Virus record (IMG/VR): IMGVR_UViG_3300046804_003910
Coordinates: 1-57,042 of that record
DNA from: a virus
Taxonomy: Duplodnaviria > Caudoviricetes
Length of the DNA: 57,042 nucleotides
Reading direction: 5' to 3' (one strand)
The position numbers and the translations under genes were made by a program. The notes below the pieces were generated by a model, which searched no databases, had not been told where the DNA came from, and was given only the letters and a program-made list of their open reading frames with translations. Positions 38,201-50,200 of the stretch are shown here, in pieces (the stretch's first letter is position 1; each line of letters starts with the position of its first letter).

Positions 38201-41200
38201 AATTATCCGCAGTTATGGATAAAAGGGCGGTTGCTCGTAAAGCTCTTATGGAACAAAAAAAGAGTATATTAGCATCAACAGGACGCGGGTTTGTTTCATT
38301 AGCCAGTAATGCTTTTGAACGTAATCAACCAAAAAATGTATTATATCATGAATTAACACACCAACTATTTAATTCTTTACGAGCTAAATCAGAAGACAGT
38401 TTTGCCAAATATAAAGAAAGGGTATCTCAATTATTCGGTGGAGATAATGACGATTTAGCAGACGCATTTGATGCGTTGGGTGGAAGTTATAACAGCGCGG
38501 ATGTTGTTTATGGACGCTCTTATAAGAATGGTTTACTTGATACTGTTTTACAAAATTTAAGACAAGGGACTATTAACTCAGGGGGAAGAAGCGCAAATCC
38601 TGAACTATCTAAAGAAGCATACTCTATGTGGGTAGAGTCTGGACAAAAAAAGAATGCTCGCGAATATCGTCCAATAAATCCAAAAATTAATGAGATACTA
38701 TTAAAAGGCGGACAGAGACAAGACACAATAGATAAAGTAGAAGATTATGGTAAAGAAGAATTTTTAACTACACTTATTCAGAATGCTCCTAAATTAGATT
38801 CTAATATGCAAGGAATTTTAGATTCCACTTTAAATGAATTATTAGGAAATGCTGGAATACAAAGACAAACCTACGCTGGCGGCGGCAAGGTTATGAGAAA
38901 CCTAGGATATATTGATTTTGATGTAATTAATGATCCAGCTAATGCTAAAACTGTTGAAAAAGCTATGAAAGAAGCTGGTGTTGATGGACCAAGAAAATAT
39001 ACTGAATATTTAATGGATTTAGCTACTAAGGCCAGAAAAAATACTAGTATTCAAAAATTAACAGCATTATATGGTGTGGCTGGTGCTGGAAAAAGCAGTA
39101 TCGCAATGGGTCGTGGAGCAAACGATATAGGAACATTAAGACAAACTAATCGTTTTCCAATATTAACGCCAGAAGATATATCTAAAGCTTCTGAGGTTAT
39201 GCTATTGAGTAGTACTGTCTCTCAAGATAAATTAGAAGGTATGTTTAAAGAAGCTGATAAAATTTATGGATTATCAACCACAACACAAGAAGAAAAAGAT
39301 AGAGTTCGTAAACAAAGAACAATGAGAGATGTTAGTGGTATAGGTCTATTTGGCAGAGAGGCTGGTAGTACCACAGGCGCTCCAACTGATACCGCAAAAG
39401 AAGAAGCTCTTTTAATGGATAGATTTGGAGATAAAACAACTATTTTGGGACGAGGAGATTCTAATAGACTACGCAGAAAAAAAGGAAATGAATTAGTAGA
39501 AATAACAAAGAAAAAACTAGCCTTTACATGGGGAGGATTTGCTCCAACAACAGCAGGACACGAATCTATTATGGAAGCAGCAAAAGCTGCTGGTATACCT
39601 TATGAAGATTTTATAGCTTTGGTTGGAGCTAATGAAGGTATAGATGCTAAAAGCTATAGAACAGCAGTATTTGATCAAGACTTCAGATTAGCATTAGCAA
39701 AAGCGGGATTTGGATCAAAGGGTGCCTCTGTATTACCAAAAGCTTTCGGAGATATGAGTGTTCCATTAGCTTTTGACATGGGAGAGAAGGGTGGCCGTAG
39801 ACAGATTACACTAGCTGGTGAAGGAAGTATGGCTTTTGTTGCAGATAAAACAGAGCAACAAATGGAGAAATATAAAAAAGCAGGATACGGAGTTACTAAT
39901 CTAGAAAGAACGGGTGGAATTAGTGGAACCCAAGTTAGAGACCTATTACTCAATGGAGATTTAGAAGGTCTTCAGAAAATTGTTTCTCCTGGAGTATTTT
40001 CATTATTAAAAGATAATATTTCTCAATTACAAAACAGAGCTAATGTATTACCAGTATTAATAGAACAAGCAGAAGCTGCATATAAGCAAGAAGTAGCCGC
40101 TATAGACGAGCAACTAGCAGCCACAGGAATAACTCGCGCAAATAATAAAAAAGCAGAGACAGACCCAGAGTATGCCGAGCAATTAAAACTTTATCAGTCT
40201 TTAAAAGAGAAAAAGAAAAAATTAGAAACTAAAAAATCATTTGAGCCGTATCGTCTGCTTAGACAATTGGCAGACAGTGATCCTGCCAAATATGGATTAA
40301 GATTTGATACAGTTTCTTCTGCCGTTTCTGGTCCGTCTTCTGCTATGCAGCAGGCTATTCTAGAAAAGGTGGCAAAACAAACTGCTGTTAAAAAATCTTC
40401 TGGCATATTACCAGCAGAAGGAAGAGAAATCTTGAAACGATTTGGGGCCGACAGATTACCAACAGATCCTATGTTTGGTCCGTTCGCAGGAAAAACAGTA
40501 CGAGATACGGCTGAAGGTGGAAAATTAAAATATTGGAATTCCGCTTTTAGGCCAGAGACAAAAGCAGATAAGCTAGCCTATTATACTGCAACAAGAGACT
40601 ACTTAATAGATAAATTTAACGAATCTCAAGGTTCTCAAAGAGCAACAGCATTAAAAGATACTACAAATGCTGTTTTATCATCAGCACAATTAGGTCTAGT
40701 AGGATTAAATCCACTAGGATACACCGGATTATTAGGTCCAGAAACTTGGAATCTTGGTACAGACCCATCCGGCCAAGAAAGATCAATAGACGCCTCCATA
40801 GTTCAAAGAGGATTACCAAGACAGTATCAAAATGTTATTGATTACCTGAGCGGAGAAACAGAGCAACTAGTCGGCGGGGCTGCTAAATTGCTTGGTATTA
40901 ATCCTAAAAAATTAACTCAAAAACAAAGAGAAACATTAGGTCAAGGTAATATAGAAGGAGCATTATTAGAACAAATTTTTGGATCAGCAGATGCTACCAT
41001 ACTAGATGACGCTTTAAGAACTCGTCCAATAGATTTTCCAAGTGGTATCGGTCCTAAAGCAGCATCAATATTTGGCATTGATCCTGATATTCCAACAGAA
41101 GTTAAAAGAACAATAGATAGCGGTAGTAGGGCTAAGGCTGTTGAAGAATTTCAAAGATATTTTAGACAACAATATGGTATTCCTGATCCAGACAAACAAA

Positions 41201-44200
41201 AAGTTCAAGCCTTAGCTGACGGAGGAGCTGTTAAATTATATCACGGATCCAATACTGGAATAGATGATAATGTTTTAAAGAACTTTAAAGAAAAAGGAGC
41301 ACTGAGCAATATTGCTACAGGATATGGCCAAGGGGCCGGATTCTATTTATATACAGAGAAGAATAAAGCTGAACAACAAGCAAAAATGAGAGTTAATGGT
41401 GGAAGTGGTTTTACCCTTGCTAGCGGCGACAGATCAGGAAAGCCAATGGTCCTTAGTTTTAATGAAGTATTAGATCCTAAAACTTTTGATCTTGATTATG
41501 AATTACAAAAAAAATTAGTAGTACAATGGATTCATGATAATTATGATCTTTTAAAAGATAAATATGCTCCTTCAGAAACTCAAACAGGATTAAAAGATAA
41601 ATTTGATAAAAATCCAGATGCTGGAATGATGTCTGTTGGTATACGAGTTCAAGAAGGATCTCAAACCTTAAAGTCTGAAGATGGAGCAGAGTTTGAGGTA
41701 AAAGGAGGAGCTAGAAAATCTATCTATGCTGGGAGCGAAGGAGATGTTAGAGAAGGAGCTTTGCTTGGACAGCTTATGTCCAGAATACAAGCCGGTGATC
41801 CTGATCTAGTACAACAGTTTGAGAGTGGTTTATTTAAACATCCTCTAGGATTAGCACTAAAATATGTTGGATCAACGCCACTTAAGCCAACCAACATAGA
41901 AACTTTTGCAACAGGAGGGCGAGCAGGAATATCTCCAAAAGATACAGTTCCCGCTCTTTTAACTCCTGGCGAATTTGTTATAAATAAACAAGCAGCACAA
42001 AAAATTGGTTACGGTAAATTAAATCAATTAAATAAAGCAGATAAAGTTAAAGGATATAATAAAGGAGGAGCTGTAGGAGCTGTACAAAGATTAGCATTGG
42101 GGGGATCTGTCGATCCAAATTCAATTATTAGACAACTTGGCGATTGGATAATGGCAACATCCAAAGAGAACCAAATAACAAAATTTGATACTAGACCATC
42201 AAATATTAGCAGATCAACCACGGCCACCTCCAAAGACGTTAATGAGGATTTAGAATCGATTGTTAAAAGTCTTAATGATTTAGGTTATAGTGCCGCGGAA
42301 TCTGCTACATTAATTAAAAAACTTAGAAATACTAGTGAGATTAGTTACAAAGAATTAGAAAAAGCTTTATCTAAAGATATTGCTAATCTAAAAGCCTTAG
42401 GTGCTGGTTTTGATACTATTATTCAAGCTGAAACGGCTCTAGCTAAGATTCGCGAAAAAGGACAATCTCAAGTTGATTTAAAGAAAAATTTAGAAGGAGC
42501 ATTTGGTCAAAGAGGTAATGTATCAGATAAATTATTAGGAGGAAAACTAAATATCGGAGACATCGGAGGAGGTTCCGCAGCGGCACAAACAGCCATAGAA
42601 AGACAAGCAGAATATCTTATAAAGCAACGAACATCTAGTTTAAAATCTGCCGGAAAAGAAGTAGACTTGGCTAAGATAACAGAACAAGCATATGTAAAAG
42701 CGACTTCTAAAGTATCTGGAATAGATAGTAAAGCATTTAAGAGTTATGGAATAAGTGGCAAAGATATTAAAAATTATATAGATGAATCAAAGAAAAATGC
42801 AAAAACTCTTCAAGAATTAGATCAAGCATTATTATCTCAAAAATTAGCAGAATTAAGAAACTCAGCAGCATACTCTGCCGCATCAAGATCAGAAAAAGCA
42901 AGGCTTGAAAAAGATCTAAGAGCAGAAACAAGAAGAGAAATTTCTGTTCGACGATCATTAATTAACGATCTAGCAAAAAGAACAGGATCAAAAGGCGTTG
43001 GCGCTACAGACATGATGGACTTCAATAATAGTCCTATTCTTAAAGCATTAAAATCTATCACATTGCCAGGGGCACTGATGGGAGCTTCTACTGCTGCTGG
43101 ATTAATAGGAGGACAAGGAGCCCTAATAGGCAAAGCAATGTATGGAGCAAAAGATGATGCATCACAACTACAGGCGGCCAAAACAGCCGTAGCTGTAGAA
43201 AATGCAGGAGTAACTATAAGTACAGGATTAGCGACAGCCGCACAAATTATACAAACTGTTCCTGGCAAAGCTGGATTAATAGCAGCAGCAGTTGTTGCAA
43301 TAGGTAGCGCTATTTATGCCGCCGCTGATTGGTTTGGTGATTTTAGCGGAAAGCAACAAGAAGCAGCTATACAAAAACAAAAAGAGTTAATGGCCACCCG
43401 AACAGAGGCCGCTCAAAGAAATCTTGATTTGGCATCTACTAATCTGGATAGAGATCCAAATAATATTGGATTTATTAACGCTTTCACTGATGCGCTAAAT
43501 AATATTAACACTATCAATGCAACAAATGCAGTCATAGATGTTAAGACTGCTGAATTAGACTTTAAGATGAATGCTCCAGTAGATGAAAAAGCATTATGGG
43601 CAGGGTCAGAAAATGTAGACATGGGATTCTTAGGACTAAACAAATTAGGAGATACACTAGGAAGATGGGCTTCTCAATTCTTGCCAGAATGGACAGGCAT
43701 GGGTGCTCCAAAACAAAAATTTGGTGCTCCAGAAATGGCAAAAGTTAGTGCTCAAATAGCTTCGCAGAATCAAGGAGCTGCTAATAAAGCATTACAAACA
43801 GTAACTCAGGCGATGATGGAACAAAATGTTGGGCGAGAATCTATTCTAACAGGAGAGAAATATCAGTCTCAAAGAACAGCTGTTATGATGGGTGATTTAG
43901 ATGGCGTTAAAATGTTTAATGCTATGTTGGTAGAAGCAAAAAACAGAGCAGGAGGAAGGGAACTTAGCGAAGAGGAAGTAATAGCTGTACAAAAAAGAGC
44001 AACAGAAGAATACATTAAAAATGGAAGTGCTGTTCTAGAATCAACTATAAAAAGTGCTGAAGTTGCTAAAGCTATGGAAGAAGCAGATAGGGCTGGTAGG
44101 AAATTAGCTACAAGCTTAAATAAAATGATTGATGCTATAGATCAATCTATTAATAGAATTCAAGCAGAATCTCAGGAACGAGCAAAAGCCAGTAAGCAGA

Positions 44201-47200
44201 TGATCAAAGCAATAGGAGGAGAAGGAGGTCCAGCATCGTATACTAATCGCGCTCGCTCTATTATAGATAATCCTATGGCATATAGTGAAGATGAGTATAA
44301 AGGAGCAATGAAGCAAGTTGGTGATATGGTAGGAGGAGAACAAGGCAGAAATCTTACAGGATTAGTTGGCATCGGCGCAAATATGTCAGATGCTATGTAC
44401 GCTGGTATTGTTAACAAATTAGGGGGCAAAGCTAGCACAAGCAAAGAAGAAGCAGCGAAAGAAGCCATAGCCACAGGAACAGAATACATTAATAATTTGG
44501 ATGTTAGTGATGATGTTAAAAAAGTTTTAATAGAAAAACTAACAGCAAATGTTAATCAAATTGCTGAAAAAATGGGAGAGGCATCATTTGCTAATAATCC
44601 ACAACAAGCTGTTGATCAATTTGCTGCTGCTGTTAGAGATAGTTCTTCTGCGCTTGGAGATAATTTAGAGTCTAAGGCAAAAGAAACAGCAAAAGCACTA
44701 TTAGCTCTAAAAGATAATGCATTAAATGAGTTTGCTCAAGGATTACAAGAAAGCTCAGAATATCTCAGGCAAGCTGCAAGACTTCGTATTAAAGCAGATA
44801 AAATAGCTTATGATGCTAATAATGATCTTAGAGAGATAACAACAGGAGTTGGAGAAAGCTATGGCGAAGCGAAAGGTCAATTAATGAAAGAGGTTGGCTC
44901 TCTGACCGGAGGAGCTACTGATCCGGCTGCAATTGGTAAAATGATCGAGGATGAGGCAGGAAAAAATAGAGCTTTGAACCAAAAATTACAAGATGCTCAA
45001 AATTCAGGAGATGTTGACGCTGCTTCTAAGTTAATAAGAGAAATTCAAGAGAGTAATGATAAATTATATAACTACAATGACGCTCTAGACAAATTAGCAG
45101 ATAGTACAGAACTTTACCAAAAAGCTCTTGATGAAGCTAGAAATATTGCTGGACTACAAGATCAACGTAAAGGATTTATTGAAAAACTATTAACTAATAC
45201 CCCTGAAGAAGCCGACAAGCTAAATCAATCATTTATAAGATTACAAAGAAATTTATCAGGAGGATTTAATAATCCTCAAAATCAAAGAGACGCTCGTAAA
45301 GCATTTAATGAAACATATTTTAAAACAGGAAATGTAAGGGAGGCTGCTAGAGCAGGAAATACTGTCCTAGCTAATCAACGTAAAGAAACACTAGCTCTGC
45401 AACAAGATCCTGGTTTTAGAGCTATGAGAGAATTGAATTTAAGAAACCAAGGCGCTTCTGAAGCTGATATAAAGGCTATGTTTGCCAAAGAAGAAGCAAA
45501 TTTAATGAGGCAAATGGCGGTAGAGAGCGGTTATGCTAATAATCCTGCTATTATGCAAGCTATAAACTCTATTGAAAATCGTAATGTCGATCCTGCATTC
45601 CAAAAAGCATCTCAACAGGTACTAGAAGCTGCAGGATTACGCAAAGCAGCCACAGAAGAACAAGCTCGCGTTAAAGAAACCCAAGCTTTGATTGCTAATG
45701 AAACCGCTACTATAAATCTAACAAATGCAGTTAATAATTTAAGCATTGTCATGCAAGATGCTTTTGCTAGAAATATGAGGGTGGAAGGCGGAAGGATTCC
45801 TGGACCAGCAGGAGGAAAAGTTCCTTTAAATCTGGGAGTTGGAGCGCCTGCTGCTCCTAAATCTAAGGGTGGATTAATTTATGCTGCTGATGGTACATAT
45901 GTTAACTTTGAGCCAAAAGGAACAGATACAATACCAGCAATGTTGTCTAAGGGAGAATATGTTGTTAACGCCAAGTCTACTAAAAAGAATCTTTCTCTTT
46001 TAGAGGCTATTAATGGTGGCAAAGTTAATGGCATGAGTAAAGGAGGAATCGTTTATTTATCAACGGGTGGGGAACCAGTAAAACCGGCATCTCCAAAATT
46101 CAAACCAGACAAAGGACCTAGAAAACCAAATGAAGTTGAAGCAGATACTGTTCCACTATTAGTTATTAAAAATAGAGACTATCCAGGATCTTTGACTCCG
46201 GAAGAGCAAGCAAGAGTAAATAGCTATGTCGGATTTACAAACTTTACATCAAATATGCCAGGACAAGTATGGTATGTAGATCCTAAAACAGGACAACATC
46301 GTGTCAAAGATGCTCCAAAGTCTAGAGATTTATATGGATGGGATTTTCATGATGCGTCTGACCCAGCATGGATCAAGAAGAAAGAAACATTATTTAAACA
46401 AGCAGAAGCCCGAGCAGAGTCACAATTAACGCAATTAACTCTACAAAGAGGATTCATGGGTAAGGGTAGTGGTCCCAACAAAGGCAATAATAGACTCGTA
46501 ACACCAGCAGCAGAACCTCTGAGTAGAATGAGTAATATTATTCCTCAAGAAGACCTCAATAAAATGGCAAGTATTCAAAGAGGAATTAATGACGGAACTT
46601 ATCAACCAACAGTCAAAGATCAAGATTTCTTGGACAGCATGGAGGCCAAAGTTAAAGAACAAATAACTCCTTTTAATACTATGGCTGGTGACTATGGTCA
46701 GACAATGAATTATATTACTGATTTAAGATTAAAAGTAAGCGATATCAGTATTAAAGCGGGCAAAGATGAAAATTCAAAAATTGTTCCTATTAACCTAACA
46801 GATCCTCGTTTAGATTTTGCTAGAGAACGTATTCGTAAATTAAAAGAAGAAGGAAGAGAAAAAGAGATTCCAGCATATATTGATGGCCTAAAGAAAAAAA
46901 TGGGCTATGGAAGAGATATAAATGCTCCATCTAGCGAGATTGATCCTAAATTTAAAGGAGCAAATTCATATTCCGCTTCTTGGAGACAAAATAGATCAGT
47001 ATTATTTGGAAAAGCAGACTACGAGTGGTTGGACAGGGTAAAAGAAGGAGATCCAGAAGCAACAGCTAAGTTTTTAGATCCTCAGAACAATGCTACTGCA
47101 AACATAGGCCCTGCACCAACAGCACCCAAAGTGAGTGATTTTAAAGGGTCTGGTGGAGCGGATGCATATAGAGAGGCTCAAACAAAATATAAAGCAGACT

Positions 47201-50200
47201 TGGCAAGATGGGAAAGTGGGAAAGCTGCTGTTGATAGTAGATCAGGAACTAATAAACCAGGAACAATGAAATATAGCGAAGAAGAATTACAGGCCATGAG
47301 AGAATATTTAAAGTATCATGGCGGTCCATTAACCGAGCATTATCCAAGTAACTATGATACTTATCGCCTAAATAATGATCCATCGGTCTTAGGCAGAAGA
47401 TTATATCTTATGAGTCGCATGACGAGCGGTGGAATGACAGTTAGTGAAAGAAAAGAATGGGAATTATTACGATATAATAATCCAGAAGGTATCAGAAAAT
47501 GGAGAAAAGATATTGAAGAATGGAGACAAACTCCGCAAGCAAAAGCTCTTGATCCAAGAAGTGGAGCAGGAAAAAAATACCCATACTCTATTCCAGATGA
47601 AAGTCAGGCGCAAAAAGAATCTAGACAAAGACAACTAGAAAATAGAGATAGAGCAACAACTAATGGAAACAAATTTACTATCGAAGGCGGTAGATCAACT
47701 CAAAATTCTGCTCCTTTGGTTCTGCCAGAGCCAAAAGAAGGATTTCCTATAACTTTACCGAATATTCCAGAAAATAAAGCACAACAAGAGCAGCCAGAAG
47801 TTAAAACAAATACCGGCATTGTACCTAGTGTTATACCACAAAAACCATTTAGTGGTAAAGTTTGGAGATTAACTACCGTTGGAAATAATGGAGAAATTAC
47901 TACTAGAAATTATAGATCAAAAGAAGCATACTTAAACGCAAAGAAAAAACAAGCAGAAGCCAAGGCCAACGGTGGATTAATATATGCTTCATTAGGTCAG
48001 CACATTGATTTTGCTCCAAAAGGCACGGACACTATTCCTGCTATGTTAACTCCTGGTGAGTTTGTTGTTAATGCTAGGGCAACCAAGGAGAACTTGCCAT
48101 TATTGCATGCTATTAACGATGGCAAAACTAATGGGATGAGTAAAGGAGGAATTGTTTATCTCGCAACAGGAGGAGATCCGTCAAAACCACAAGGACCAAA
48201 ACCACCAGCCACTAAGACAAAATCAAAAGCTCCTACAAAGGCAGATGTACAAAAATTAGAAAGAGCCCGAACAGATGCTCAACAAACATCATGGATGATG
48301 AGTGAGGCTGCTGGAGTAGCACCAGATGAGGTTGTAAATAGATCAGCCGCTAGTTGGACAGAATCACAAGTCGGTTATGGTAAATGGCAAACTATGAGCG
48401 AGCAGCAAAGACAAGAAGAAATAGATAAAAATAAACCAGTATTTCAAAGGAAGTGGGACTCATACAATGCAAGACAAAATGCTGCAATGGAGCAGTCGGC
48501 TAGAGAAGCAGGGTATGAAAATGCTAAAAATGATCCTAATGCTGGTATAGTTGGAGCTAATTTTTTCAATACTGAAAAAACAAGATCAATGACCGAGTTT
48601 GATAAGGCTCAAGCGGATTATGAGAAGGCAAGAGATGCTGCGATAGCCGCACAAGAGCCTATGCCAAATTCTTCTGCTCCTCCAATGATAGGACAATCGG
48701 CCTACCCTAATCAAGCTGCTCGCGACCAAGCAGTACAACAAAAAGCAGAAGAACTGGCTAGAAAAGAAGGAATTACTCATCCTCCAGTAACAACAGGAGA
48801 AGATGGAGAAACTGTAATTGGTGCTGTGCCAAGGTTTGAAGCTTTACCACCTTTACAAAAGGCTTTTATTGCATTACATAAAGATAACGCTAGAAAATCT
48901 AATACTGAAACCAGTGTAACACAAGGAAAAGCAGAAATAGAACATGATATTCAGACAATGAGATCGTATGTTGGTGCTGTCGATGATAAAGGCAATCCTT
49001 TAGTAAAACCAGAGGACGCTGCTAAAGTTAATGCAATATTAGATAAATATGATCCGAACAATCCAACAGCTTATGCTGAAGAGTTAGATCAAGCTTTACA
49101 AAATAATGAACCAGGATCCAGCGGAAGAACATTTAATGATATTCGAACCAAGGCATTAGAGAGAAATTTAGACACTACATATCAAGAAGCTGTTCAGTCT
49201 AAAATACCAGTAGCAGAACAACATATAGCAGGAGATGCTAAAGCAGAAGCAGAAGCACAAAGATTAATGCCTGGACAAACAATGGCCCCAACGACGAAAG
49301 GCGGGAATAATCCAACAACATGGTTATATGAGCCGGCTGGAACTATGAAACCAGTAGATCTAGATCCTAAAACCAAAAAGGCGGCAGAAGAAGCTGCTAA
49401 TACTGTTTTTGCCCAAGCGGAATATGGAGCATCTGGACAACTAAAAGCCAGAACAGACGCTCTGGCAAAAGTAAATAGTCCAGATTTTGATAAACTACCT
49501 AAAGACGAACAAGAAAAAATTCGAAAAGATGCTATAGCAAATCCACCATCGGAGGTAACAAGGGCAGTAGAAAAAGAAATAAAAGAGAATATGGTAAGAG
49601 AATACTCGCAAAAAGAGTACGATAAAGCACGAGCTGCTGGTAAAAGCGAAGAAGAAGCAAATAAGGCAAGAGCAAAAGTAGAGAGAGATTTACAACAAAA
49701 TAATACCGCAACATATTCTGGTTTTGATAGCGAATATAAACTTAGAACACAACCTAGTCATGTATACAAACCAGGAACAGTTGGAGAACAATATAAAAAA
49801 ACCTATGATAATATTTTAAAAAGACAAGTAGATGAAGCTCAACAACAGGTCGCAACTATGGCAGCTCAAGGGGAGAATGCCACCTTTGAATTCCAAGGAC
49901 AACAAATTCCTGTACAAAACTTGTCAACAAAAAACTCAATGGGTCGTGATACTAGTGGAGGAGCATCTAATGCTCGTTTAAGACTAGATAGATATAACAC
50001 ATTAACACAAACTCAAGCAAATTTGGATGCTACTATTAATAAGGCCAGGAGAGATGCTGCTGACGCGGAAAGAGAAATTGGATCACGAACAATCGGCGAA
50101 AAAGTTGGCGAATCACTAGTTGGATTGGGTTCTGAATTACAAGGAAACTTTACTTATCAAAGCGGGGCTGAAAAAGCTAAAGCTAAAGCAGATGCGGCAT

